Assembly: GCA_030390025.1 (NCBI GenBank)
Contig: CM059431.1
Coordinates: 133,860,001 to 133,924,000 of the forward strand
Length of the DNA stretch: 64,000 nt
Direction of reading: 5' to 3'
Origin: Squalus acanthias
Taxonomy: Eukaryota
Shown: positions 12,619 to 24,389 of the stretch, piece by piece
How positions within the stretch are numbered: position 1 is the stretch's first letter
Layout: each line of letters opens with the position of its first letter
Made by a program: the position numbers and the translations under genes
The notes under the pieces: model-generated
The model's database searches: none
What the model saw: the letters and a program-made list of their open reading frames with translations, nothing else
Told to the model about the DNA's origin: nothing

Positions 12619-13511
12619 GGGGTAGAAATTAGGTCGCGCCCCATTTGGGGCGCAAATATCGTCCGGACGCAAATATTAGCGCCTGGCGCTAATTATCGGT
12701 ACTGACAGGAAACTTCACTTTTACCGCCCCGGGAGGTGAGTGGAGCGCTAAAGCAGGCGCTGCACACCTCTCTTAAGGCGCAAAGGCCGAGCAGTGAGGC
12801 GCTAACTCGGAGCGCTGGCGAAGCTCATGTAATGTCAGTCAGCAATGGAACACACACACAATGGCACGGGCCAGTTCTTAAAGGGGATGGTTAATCTTGC
12901 TTTCCATCCACATCCTGTTCATTGCTGCCTTGAATCTCGGCCTGGAGAGACTTGCACATCAAATGTGCTGGAAAGAACAATGGAGCGTACCAGGCAAAGA
13001 GCTCAGAGTGCAGCTCCCACAGTCTCTGCTAAATCGATACAAGGAATGGCAAATCAAAATGAACCTGCAAAGTGCTGCTCAGTACCCAAAACTCCTTCAC
13101 ACAACATTGAATCTCTCCAGAAGTCTCTCCCTCTCTCTCTCAGAATGCGTAGTTCAAAAATGCCACCAACAATAAAAGACAGGAAGAGGCCCCCTTTAAA
13201 TAGCGCCCCCCCCAGCCCCACAGCGATTGATAGCGTTCCAGTCTTCTGGTCATTGGAAGCGCCAGGCGGTAAGGCAGGGGGCGCCACTCAATTTCTGCTA
13301 CGGGGCGCCACAAGGGCGTTGCACCATGGAATGACGTCACAATCTGCGTGCGCAGGTGGTCGCAGCGGTAAGTTTTAGCGCCGCCGCACAATCTCAAGTT
13401 AAGTTCTCGAGCGGCGCAAACATCGCTGCGCCCGGGCGTTAGCGGCTTTGCGACCCATTAGCGCCCTCTTAAGGCGCTAACGGGAGGCGCAACCAAGTGA
13501 ATTTTTACCCC
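12619..13511. mobile_element. Harbinger-derived non-autonomous element (MITE), 893 bp
   Basis: TIRs GGGGTAGAAATT / AATTTTTACCCC, TSD ATA (12616-18, 13512-14). Second copy, inverted, at 28355-29245. Confidence 0.9.
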
Positions 13512-13514
13512 ATA

Positions 13515-13775
13515 GAATCTTACATAAAGCACAGAAGGAGGCCATTCAACCTATCATGCCTGTGCCAGCTCTTTGAAAGAGTTATCCAATTAGTTCTACT
13601 CAACTGCTCTTTCCCCATACCCTGCAAATATTTCCGTTTCAAGTATATATCCAATTCCCTTTTGAAAGTTACTATTGAATTTGCTTTTATCACCCTTTCA
13701 AGCAGTACATTCCAGAGCATAATAACTCGCTGCATAAAAACATTTCTCATCATCTCCCCTCTGGTTCTTTTGCCA
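13515..13775 (-). mobile_element. CR1 3' end fragment
   Basis: RNVFMQRVIMLWNVL..FKRELDIYL followed by a CR1-type 3' UTR. Confidence 0.85.
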
Positions 13776-13970
13776 TATGAAATTTGTATAGAAGGTTTCT
13801 AGGTGGAAGTAAGCATTCTGGAGGCCATAGAAAAGATACAGTACAATAAAAGTCAATGTACTTGAGCTGTTTCTTAAGCAGTTTCCCCTTTATTCCCCCA
13901 ATACCATTTAGGTTCTCATAAACATTCATGCCAATGATGTAAAATATAAATTCTTACTTTTTTCCACCAG

Positions 13971-14178
13971 CACCACTACTGGCACCAATGGGTTCCCAAA
14001 GGAAATTCTCCTATCTGACAATGTTCAGAGGAGAACGAAGATCTATGGCGGGATGCCAGACAGATCAAGTCACATGAGAGATGTTCTGTGCCCACCTGCG
14101 AGGACCTGCACACCTACATCTGCAAACAGTGGTGAAAATTCTTCACTTTGTCAGACCATTGGAGGATCCTCTTCCTAA
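13971..14178 (+). CDS. Candidate terminal coding exon of unidentified + strand gene (TTTGTNGFPKEILLSDNVQRRTKIYGGMPDRSSHMRDVLCPP...GGSSS*)
   Basis: Strong acceptor ttcttactttttttccaccag. 68-codon open frame ends at TAA 14176-78. Non-repetitive sequence, with ATTAAA near 14815. Confidence 0.6.
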
Positions 14179-15043
14179 AGGAAGCTGTAATATTAGATGC
14201 TTCTTTAAAAGCACTCAATCATAGTATGTCATGCTGTGAGAATATCTTAAAATGGTTTAAATTGGTCAAAATATCCCAGCATGCTTTGCTTTAGCATTTT
14301 AGCCAGAGAGCGAATATGGAGGAAAGGGGAAATATATGAACAAAGACAGTTTTGAAACTAAAATGACAGAGAATGATAAACAGCCAGGTCAAGATATGGC
14401 CCATACTGAGGTAAGGGGGCAGTTGCTAAGACACCACATATGAGAAAGCCTGCAAGGCCACTTGGCTTATGCAGTTAAAGGACCAAAAGCAAAGTTTGTA
14501 GAACAGAGATGAAGGCCAAAAGATTAGAAGCATTAGAAACACCTGAATATGTGGCATCAGCAAATGTGCACCTACGCATGTGTTGTGCGTAGATGCAACC
14601 CAAGGTAGCTGAATAATATAAGAATGAGACATGTTTCTGTTAACGGGCTCAGTGTTTTTGGGGATAGTTGGAAGCCTATCCACAAAAGATTACAAGTCTG
14701 GTGAACTTGAACGATACTTCGTGGAAAGTCAAACAGGTGGTATTAATTGCTCACCATTTAATGTAATACTGTAGAACAATTATATAAAACCAATACTGTT
14801 ATTAGTCAATGTATATTAAAGCTTGGTGTTTAAAAACCACTCGAGCCTGATTTTGAGTGGAGGTTATTGTCGCCGGATTAACAACCCTCTGTTGCGACAG
14901 TTACCACGTGAAATCCGCTAATACATGCTTTCAGTGACACTGCATGAAAAAGGCATGATCAAAAGTCAACACTGCCAATTTCTGGGAACTGACAAGATGC
15001 CACCAACCATTTCTACTGGTCCTACCACACCTACACAGCAGTT

Positions 15044-15362
15044 CACAGAATCACAGAATCCCCACAGTGCAGATAGAGGCCATTTCGGCCCATCGAGCCT
15101 GCACCGACACATATCCCACCCTATCCCCGTAACCCCACGTATTTAATCCCCCTAACACTAAGGGTCAATTTATCATAGCCAAATCAACCTAACCCGCACA
15201 TCTTTGGACTGTGGGAGGAAACCAGAGCACCCTGAGGAAACCCACGCAGACACGGGGAGAATGTGCAAACTCCACACAGACAGTCACCCGGGGCCGGATT
15301 CGAACCCGGGTCCCTGGCGCTGTGAGGTAACAGTGCTAACCACTATGCCACCATGTTGCCCC
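15044..15362 (-). mobile_element. tRNA-derived V-SINE (HE1-like)
   Basis: A box (TGGCATAGTGG) and B box (GGTTCGAATCC) on the - strand, V-core TGTGGAGTTTGCACATTCTCCCCGTG, CR1-like (GATTCTGT)n tail. Confidence 0.9.
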
Positions 15363-16044
15363 AAGTTCTCTTGGGGGCTGTCTTCTCAGGGCCAAAGATA
15401 ATAGACAGGTAGGTGCAAAATGAAGAAAAATGGCTAAGAATGGCTAAAATACATTTACCTTAATATTATAGTCTTATTTCCATGATATCCAAGATGCTTA
15501 GCACCATTAAGCAACCCTGAATGGCCAGAACTATGGAAAATGGTGTGTAGGACAGATACATCTCCCCAAATTCATTGGCCTATAGATTCAGGGATTTAGC
15601 GCCACCCATTACCGCCAGATTCGGGGAAGAAAATGGCTGCTGCCGCTCTTTGGCCTGCTGCCGGTGCGTCCCACGGCAGCCGCCATTTTCGGATGGCTGG
15701 CTGCGCTGCCATGTCGGCAAAATTATGTGGATGATGCAGATCGTGATGTCACGCTCACTTGGCACCCGATCTGCGAGTTTTGACTTCGCTGCGCCACTTA
15801 CTGGCATGCCTTAAGTTCACCAGCTGAGCAATCAGTGAAAGCAGGAAGGAGGCTCCAGGAGCAGTATTTAAAGGGATCATCAGCAATATGTTTGGGCAGT
15901 TTGACTGGCTCTGTGCAACTTTCTGCAACTCCAGCAGCTTTATTAACATCTTTCAAAGTTCTAAGGTAACAGGGAGTGTTGTTGCAAATGGAGAACGCCT
16001 TCATTCTTATTTAAAGGCTTCTACTCACAACACTTGCGCTCAGT

Positions 16045-17230
16045 ATGGGGGCTCTACTGGCAGACCCCCTTGTGCTCGAGTATCTTAGGGAGAGGGAACA
16101 GAGGCAGCGAAGAAGACAAGAAGATGTGCACAGAGGGAGGAGGAGGAGGGCCAGGAGGGCTCTCAACAGGAGCCTTACCCACCTAATGACTTCAGAGAGC
16201 ACTTCTCTTATATCCACTTAAGCAAGGAGCAGTGTATTAGGAGTCTCCGCTTCACCAAGGAGGTGGTCACAGAACTCTGCCACCTCCTGCAACCAGACCT
16301 GCAGCCTGAGAGCAGAGCGACCACGGCTCTCCCAGTGACAGTCAAGGTCACTATGGCCTTCATTTTCTTCACCAGTGGACCCTTCCAGTCTGCAGCAGGA
16401 GACATAGCTAACATCTCACAGTTCGCCGTCCATCACTGCCTCTGGGAGGTCACTGAGGCTCTCTACTGTAGGAGAAGTGATTAATTTTCTTCTCTCTGAG
16501 CAGAGAGAAGCAGGATGAGTGCATATGTGGCTTTGCCAGGATAGTGGCCTTCCCCATGGTGCAGGGCACCATCGACTGCACCCATATGGCTTTGCAAGTG
16601 CTGCGTAACAATCCTTAGATCATCTGTAACCACAAAGGCTACCACTCACTTAATGTACAGTTGGTGTGCAACCACGCCCAGTGCTTCCTGATGGCCAATG
16701 CCCGCTATCCTGGCAGCAGCCATGGTGCCTTCATCCCGCGTCAGTCCGGTGTGCCAGCAACCTTCCAGCCACCACGTGAAACTCGAGGGTGGCTGCTCGG
16801 AGACAGGGGCTATCCGCTCTACACCTGGCTGATGACTCCACTCCGCAACCCCAACACTCGTATCCAGCACTCATATAATGAGAGCCATGTTTCCACCAGG
16901 AACATCATTGAGCAGACCATCAGGCTAATGAAGCAACGGTTCCGCTGCCTTGACCGCTCGGGAGGTGTCCTCCAGTACTTGGCGGAGCGGGTGTCCCATT
17001 TCGTGGTGGTCTGCTGCATGCTTCACAACTTGGCCATCATGAGGGCGCAGCCCTTGCCACCAGAGATTGCAGGACTATCTCAGGAGGATGACGAGGGAGA
17101 GGAGGGGGAGGAGGAGGAAGAAGAAGATGAGCAAGAGGAAGAAGAGAAGGAGGAAGGAAGAAGGCAGGCAGCCAATCCCCTTTCCGGGTGCACTGTCTGC
17201 GAATGCCTCATCAGACTCCGATTCCAATGA
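16045..17230 (+). pseudogene. Harbinger DDE transposase (HARBI1-like family)
   Basis: IDCTH, ARYPGSSH, LLGDRGY, IIEQTI..RFRCL, CCMLHN and an acidic tail, with stops and frameshifts. Confidence 0.92.
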
Positions 17231-17399
17231 ATGAAACCCCAGAGCTCCGTTGCTCACCACATCCTCATCATACCATCCCTGTCTCACGGAATATCACAGC
17301 ATCCTCCTGGGCACAAAGCTGAAATGAGAGACACCAGAAAAGACCCCAAACAAAATGAATAAATTCATCAAAAATCAACTTATGCATACAATGTGAACT

Positions 17400-18790
17400 A
17401 ATCAGCCTTGTGCAATCCTTAGTGCCTGTCATACGGGTGCCCTTTCCTGATCTAGTGCTCCTACGAAGTGCCCCCCCAGTGGCTGCGGCATGGCTGGTGA
17501 AGTGCTGCTGAGTTTAATGTCTGGATCGACACAGTCTCTTTGGGCATTTTCTATCATTTCCAGCCTAGAAATCCTAGGCTCCAATCTCTGCGCAGGGCCC
17601 CGTGCAATGTTGGAGGCGGACTCCTCCATGCTCCTTGACATTGTCAAGAGGCTCAGCGGCAAGCTTGCCATTGCATCTCGCAATTTGGTGTGCATGCCCA
17701 TCAATCTTCTTCTGAAGGCCGGCCCATCGAGGTCCTCATCTCAATCCTGTGCAGCAGAATTCACACATGAATTTGCCCTCCGGGGAGCTGGCACCTGAGC
17801 TACCCTTTCCCCCTGCCTTGTTGCAGCCCACTCGTGTCCGGTGCCTCACCCTGTGCAGATCCCGCTTCTACACTAGCCTCTAAAGTATGCACAGTGCCAG
17901 TTTCTGAGCTGGTGTCTGCAAGTGACAGATGCAGTGACGCTGTGTCTTCTTCTTCATCTCCCGCCTCGCTCTCCTTCATCGCCTCAGGGACAGGCTGGTA
18001 TGGTGCTTGGTCTTGATTAACTGAAAGCAGAAAGGCACAAGAGTCGGGTCATGATAGGGGGAAAACAAGATATGCATGCACACAGCATCAGCCGCTTGAA
18101 AGTGAGAAGAGATTGTGAGATGAGGGGGAAGTGGGATGTGAGAAGAACGATTAGGAATGACCATACTGTTGTCCCCAAGGGCTTCAACCTCGCCACCGCC
18201 GGTTGCCACAGCCTCCATGATCTGCCGCCCAATGATCTCCAGCACTCGCTCCTTCAGTTGCCCTCTCCGCCTGTCTGCCGCTGCTCCCTCCTGTTTTCAC
18301 GACCTTGGCCTACAAGAGAAGGGAAATGTGTGAGTGTGGTGCAATGTGTTTGGGTGATGTATCTGCCATAGTTGAATAGCGGTCAGTGTGTGCAAGGTGT
18401 GAGATGTGGGTGTGTGTCTTGCAGCAGTGGTAAGATTGTGAGGGTGAAGTGAAGCTATGATTGTGAGGTAGAGATTGTTGGTGGTGCATTGAACAGTGTG
18501 TGAGGCTTGTGGTGCAGATGGTGGAATATGGCATTTGCTGAAGCCTTCACTCACCTTGACCTGCCATGTGAGGTCATTAAACTTCTTGCGGCACTGAGGA
18601 CCACATGCTGGCTCTCAGATAGGCAGCTATCTCCTGCCTGAGCCTTCGAAATGTATGTGGCGAGGGCTGCCTGCCAGTCTGCGAGAAGAAGTCAGCCCAC
18701 CTCCTCTCCAATGCCACCACCAGTGCCTCAAGAGCCACCTCTGAGAATCTGCGGGCTCTCTCCGTGCTGAGGCTCAGCCATCTGCTTCCA
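17400..18790 (-). pseudogene. Harbinger Myb/SANT-like gene, 3 exons (~18790-18555, 18309-18167, 18020-~17400)
   Basis: ERARRFSEVALEALV...QCRKKFNDL motif with canonical GT-AG introns. Confidence 0.8.
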
Positions 18791-19360
18791 CTGCCGTCTG
18801 CTTCCAGGTGAAGTTGGAACTTGATTGTCAATGAGGTGCTGTTGCATCACTGCACCTCCCCTTTAAGTGCTGAATAAAGCCTGTGCCAAACATGACTGGG
18901 AATTAGACTGGACCCGATATTGGCCCACCTGTTGAGCGGTAAGCCAATGAGCAGCAGTTTTAGCGCTGTGATCAAGATCGAAGATCAGCCATAGTGAATG
19001 GCGGAGCAGGCTCAAAGGGCCGTATGGCCTACTCCTGCTCCTAATTCTTATGTTCTTATATTCTTATAATCATATTAATGAGGACTGAGCATGAATTTTA
19101 CATACTGCTTAGACCATTATCACCTGGCGCAGCTTAACATTGTTGGGTCTTAAAACTGCCCGTTTTGTGGCCATATCCAATTTCTAGGCCATTGTCTTAA
19201 CCAGCTGAGTCAGTGGGGGAGGGGGAAGCATGAATAGTAGCTTTGTTTGAATCAAATATTGCATTTAATAGAGGAACTTACTTCCTATTGTTATCTAGAT
19301 AAAATTCTATAATACATGCCCAAACCAGATTAAATACGTCTTTTTAGTATATCACCAACC

Positions 19361-19537
19361 TCATTTTGTGGCTTTTTCTGAAGATGTACGCAAGGCATTG
19401 ATACCATGTGCTGCTTTTGATTTACCAGTCTTAGCAACGGCAGAGCTGTCTCTTCCTTTATCAGTCTTCATTAATAGACATTTATCACCTTCTACAGAAG
19501 AGACTTCCCAGACAGCGTCCTTTTCTTCTTTTATGAA
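19361..19537 (-). CDS. Terminal coding exon of unidentified - strand host gene (FIKEEKDAVWEVSSVEG...SSEKATK*)
   Basis: Acceptor tctgtttacag, 59 codons including TGA, phase 0 matching exon 42563-42666. ATTAAA (-) at 19264-19269. Confidence 0.7.
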   Translation of the reverse strand, partial: FIKEEKDAVWEVSSVEGDKCLLMKTDKGRDSSAVAKTGKSKAAHGINALRTSSEKATK

Positions 19538-19605
19538 CTGTAAACAGATTTCAATCCAACACTGAAGACAGTTGAAAAATGCAAGCAGTCACTTTCATAT
19601 ACTAA

Positions 19606-19762
19606 GGGGTGGATTTTAAATTATTGGGCGGCCGGCTGGTAGACTGTGCCGGCTGACATTACCAGTGGGAGGCCCAGTACATTTTGAGGGCCGGGCCTCA
19701 TTAACACACATGCAGCGGGTGTCAAACATTTACTCTGGGTGGAGGGAGTTAAAATGTCCCCC
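19606..19762. mobile_element. 157-bp Tourist-like MITE
   Basis: TIRs GGGGTGGATTTTAA / TTAAAATGTCCCCC, TSD TAA. Confidence 0.8.
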
Positions 19763-20195
19763 TAACTTTTTAAACTTATATCACACTTTTTTTTAGCAGA
19801 TTTCATCAAGTGGTCACTATAAGATGATTTGCATACTGTAATTTCCTCCCAGATTTTAAAACAAAAAATACAAAATTGACGTGCAATACCACTTTGATAT
19901 AATTTCCTGTAACTGAAATCATTATATTCAAGATAATTCTACAAAGCTGGCCATTTTGGTACAGAGTTTATAAGAAGCATTTAAATTTTTATAGGAAAAA
20001 ATGGTGTTGACAATTACATCTCAATAAAATATAGTTTGGCCATAAAATCTGTAATTTTTTTATCTGTGATTATAATAGCGCTACAGTGGATTCATAGAAC
20101 TTTGATATATCAAATACCTTGATATATTTAAGTTTTGGAATGGTCTTACTTTCTCCAATAAATTGCACTGAATTTTATTTTGATTCCTTTATCTT

Positions 20196-23100
20196 GGGCT
20201 TCGACATTAATGTGGGGGCGGGGACGGAGTGGGGCGATATCGGGCGATGAACACCCAACATTGCGGAATGGGTAAGCCAGGCTGATTTTAATGACCATGC
20301 CTCATTTTCATATTACTTCCGGATTTCGTGTGAGGGGGCATGACAAGGACCACATGGCTCGATTTCCTGTTGACTACTTAAAGGCCCATTTCAGAGATGA
20401 AATGGAGGAGGACATTTGGAGGTCAGCAGAGTCTGCACTGGAAAGAGAAGATGATAGAGATAGCTGCAAGAAGAGGGAAGACTGCCCCTAGGTTCACAAA
20501 CACTTTCCTGGATGCTCTGTTCCCACTCCTGCATCGTTACCTCTCATGTCCCACACGGATCTATCCTTGGCCCCATCCTATTTCTCATCGACATGCTGCC
20601 CCTTGGCGACATCATCATCAGTTTCCACATGTACGCTGACAACACCCAGCTCTACCTCACCACCACTTCTCTCGACTCCTCTACTGTCTCTAAATTGCTA
20701 GAATGCTTGTCCGACTTCAGTTCTGGATAAGCAGAAATTTTCTCCAATTAAATATTGGGAAGACTGAAGCCATTGTTTTCAGTCCCTGCCACAAACTCCG
20801 TTCCCTAGCCACTGACTCCATCCCTCTCCCTAACATTTGTCTGAGGCTGAACCACACTGTTCGCAACCTTGGTGTCATATTTGACCCTGAAATTAGCTTC
20901 TGACCACATATTCACGGCATGACTAAGACCGCCTATTTCCACCTCCGTAACATCGCCCGACTCCACCCTTGCCTCAGCTCATCCGCTGCTGAAACCCTCA
21001 TCCATGCTTTTATTACCTCTAGACTTGATTATTCCTACGCACTCCTGGCTGGCCTCCCTCGTTCTATCCTATGTAAACTTGAGGTTATCCAAAACTCGGC
21101 TGCCCGTGTCCTAACTCGCACCAAGTCCCGTTCACCCATCACCCCTGTGCTCGCTGACCTACATTGGCTAAGCAACGCCTCGATTTCAAAATTTTCATCC
21201 TTGTTTTCAAATCCCTCCTTGGCCTCGCCCCTCCCTATCTCTGTAATCTCCTCCAGCCCCACAACCCCCCTGAGATATCTGCGCTCCTCTAATTCTGCCT
21301 TCTTAAGCATCCCTGATTATAATCACTCAACCATTGGTGGCCGTGCCTTCTGTTGCCTCGGCCCTAAGCTCTGGAATTCCCTGCCTAAACCTCTCCGCCT
21401 CGCTACCTCTCTTTCCTCCTTTAAGCCGCTCCTTTAAACCTACCTCTTTGACCAAGCTTTTGGTCACCTGCCCTAATTTCTCCTTATGTGGCTCGGTGTC
21501 AATTTTTTTGTTTTATAATACTCCTGTGAAGCGCCTTGGGACGTTTTACTATGTTAAAGGCGCTATATAAATACAAATTGTTGTTATTGTTGTTGTTCTG
21601 TTGGGCCATGAGGGAGATCCTGTTTCCCAGCAACAGCAAGAAAAAGCCTGATGCCACCACAAAGAATTTCCGCTCATCCAGAACTAGATGTCGGACAAGC
21701 AGTCTGACAATTTGGAGACAGTGGAGGGGTCGAGAGGAGTGGTAGTGAGGTACAGCTGGGTGTTGTCAGCGTACATGTGGAAACTGACGCTGTGTTTTCG
21801 GATGATGTCGCCAAGGGGCACAAAGAAAGTGTGGCTGTGAGGTCCTGGATACAGTGCTGCAAATGCTTCATTGACCTGACCAGATCAGCAAACATAAAGA
21901 TGCACCTACATTCCTGCAGTGCAGCCCTCTCACTCTTGTTATTATTTGTACTCCATTCACAGCACTCTTCACACCCACTTCACTTTCATCGGCACCTATC
22001 GTACCACTTACATGCACATCCTCTCATCATCACCTCCCGCTTCCTCCCTCTACCACTGCCAGTCACCCCAATCCTCATGTAATCTGACACCACCTCATTC
22101 AGCTCCCCCAATTCTCAGCACACGTTCTGAAATGGCACCATCAACACGTTCCTCAAATGCATCCCAGTCCCACTTGTGATGCATCTGCCTGATTGCCACC
22201 CATCGGATGCACACATGCCTGAGAGCCACTCGTAGGTCTGTTGTGCCACCCTTGCAGTAGAAGAGAGCGCAGAATGCCAGGGAGAGGGCAAGGACCGGCG
22301 GCGGACCCCCGAGGTTGTGGAACGTTACCCGCCGGAGTAGGAGGCTCTGGCGATAAACGACATTTTTGCCTCCCTCAACATCAGAGATGGCGAGATTGGC
22401 GGTGCTTTGGAGCAGAGTAACAGCATTAATCTCTCAGACCCACATCCCCTACAAGACAAAGTCATCTTCAGTTGACTTCAGCACATCATGAAATATAATC
22501 AATTTAATGATGTGCATTTCAACATTTTTAATGTTTCATTACTAATTCTTATCCTTGTCTTCACTCCTTTAGGGCCACCATACAAAGAACACAAGCCCCT
22601 GCCCGGAGAGCTCATTCTGAGGCATGTGTTGCAGGCACTAGCCCAGATACTAGCACATTGGTAGAGCCTGTAAGACAGTTAGATGGAATGTCACCTGGTG
22701 ATTGTCACAGCACAAGTGAGCATGAGCAGAGAGTGGTGGCAGGGACAGCTGAGGAGAGTCCGCATTGGAACCCACTGTCCTCCCCAAGCTCTGCTCAGCT
22801 GGACAGAGATGAATAACCCGGGGGGTCATCAATTAAAAGGAGAATGCTGGAGGTTCAACAGCAATGGTGGGTGTCCTGCCAAGGACTTTCAAAGGTAGCA
22901 GAAAGGATGGATGAGTCCACCTCGACCATTTGTGGATTGATGTTGCACGGCTGTTCAACCATGCAATCTTCTACTGAGTGGCCGCCTCTATGGAAGTTAT
23001 ATCAGGACGCATAAATGAGTCCCTGCAGCCCCCACCAATATTTCTACTGGCTTCGACAAGCTGGCAGATAGATTGGACATGGACTTCCAAGGCCTCACTG

Positions 23101-23505
23101 ATCTCCTCCAAGCTGCTCTCCTGAAGAGTGGCAGGAGTGATGTGCTTCTGGCCATGGGGATGGTGATAAGGGAGAGGAAAGTGCACATGCTTCTCAAAGC
23201 ATAGGCAAGTCACACCCGTTGCCACCCCCCACCCCAACCAGTGCCTGATATGCTGTCTCAGTCTTCCCTTGCACAAGTGCAGGTGGACCAGTCAGTGCCA
23301 GGGCCCTCACAGGCTCAAACACCCAGCAGTCACTGGGACCACTTCATTAGATCAAGCAAGGTACAGAGCAGCCTGCCACTACCTCTGCTGAAGCCACAGG
23401 GGTAAAGCCACGTAGAAGTTGAAGGGATAGGAAAAGAAAGGCGCAAATTCGACATTTTAACACGGCACCTCACCCCCACCCCCCCCCAAGACTTAATACT
23501 GAAGC
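20196..23505 (+). mobile_element. Harbinger derivative retaining only the (decayed) Myb/SANT gene
   Basis: [32 protein letters not shown], exon 2 KRAQNARERARTGGGPP (~22260), C-terminal PRRS..RKRK (~23410). Imperfect ends GGGCTTCGACATTAA / TTAATACTGAAGC. No transposase motifs seen. Confidence 0.7.
20520..21597 (+). mobile_element. L2-clade LINE 3' part
   Basis: [30 protein letters not shown] and (TTG)n tail. A short inverted fragment lies at ~21668-21820. Confidence 0.9.
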
Positions 23506-23511
23506 ATTGCA

Positions 23512-23922
23512 GACTCATCCTTGTTTTAAATCCCTCCATGGACTTGCCCCTTCCTATCTCTGTAATCTTCTTCAGCCCCACAACCCCCCCCCGCCCCACC
23601 CCGAGATATCTGCGCTCCTCTAATTCTGCCCTCTTGAGGATCCCTGATTATAATCGCTCAACCTTTGGTGGCCGTGCCTTCTGTTGCCTAGGCCTTAAGC
23701 TCTGGAATTCCCTGCCTAAACCTCTCTGCCTCTCTACCTCTCTTTCCTCCTTTAAGATGCTCAAGACCTACCTCTTTGACAAAGCTTTTGGTCACCTGCC
23801 CTAATTTCTCCTTATGTGGCTCGGTGTCAAATTTTTTGTCTTAAAATACTCCTGTGCAGCGCCTTGGGACGTTTTACTACGTTAAAGGCGCTATATAAAT
23901 ACAAGTTGTTGTTGTTGTTGTT
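23512..23922 (+). mobile_element. L2 3' end, same family as 20520-21597
   Basis: Matches 21195-21597, with (TTG)n tail. Confidence 0.9.
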
Positions 23923-24389
23923 CAGTACTGGCTTTCTGCTTTCTCAGGCTACCTGCATTTGCCACAGATACAATACATTATTCCTAATTCTAGGCTGACC
24001 TCAATGTTGCGCTAGCTTCCCACTGTGACTCCAGTGCAAGTCTTCCACATCGAAGGAGAGTGCTGGCTTGACTGTGAAACTTCTCTTTTTATTGAAGACG
24101 CCACGGGGCAGTGATACGGTCAGAGGGAGGGGGATTCTTACTCTGTGGTAATTTAACAGTTGTTAGTGGCTCAGGTGAGTCAGGCAAATAACTTCAGCAG
24201 CTGTCATGGGGACTTGTTGTTTCCTCTTGTCTACTTCCACAAAAGACATGTTGCAAAAGGGAAAGGTGTGCACGTGGCACAATACTGAATACGGCCTGAA
24301 ATGCTGAATACAGCAGTGAAAAACAATTTTTGTTCAAAAAGTCAAAAATAACGACATTCCTTTATAATGTCAGTCTGTCACTTAAGAGT

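Larger units (their letters stand above)
15577..19190. mobile_element. Full-length but decayed PIF/Harbinger transposon (3.6 kb)
   Basis: TIRs GGCCTATAGATT / AATTTCTAGGCC, TSD ATT (15574-76, 19191-93), convergent transposase and Myb/SANT genes. Confidence 0.93.

Noticed and set aside
12897..13175. ~92-aa ORF open in both MITE copies
   Set aside because: Non-ATG starts, crosses the deletion junction and a (CT)n tract, and two related copies cannot show selection
13958..14184. - strand exon using gtaag at ~13957
   Set aside because: All three - frames contain stops; the + strand reading is better
15290..15355. tRNA gene
   Set aside because: The A/B boxes belong to the SINE head and there is no full cloverleaf
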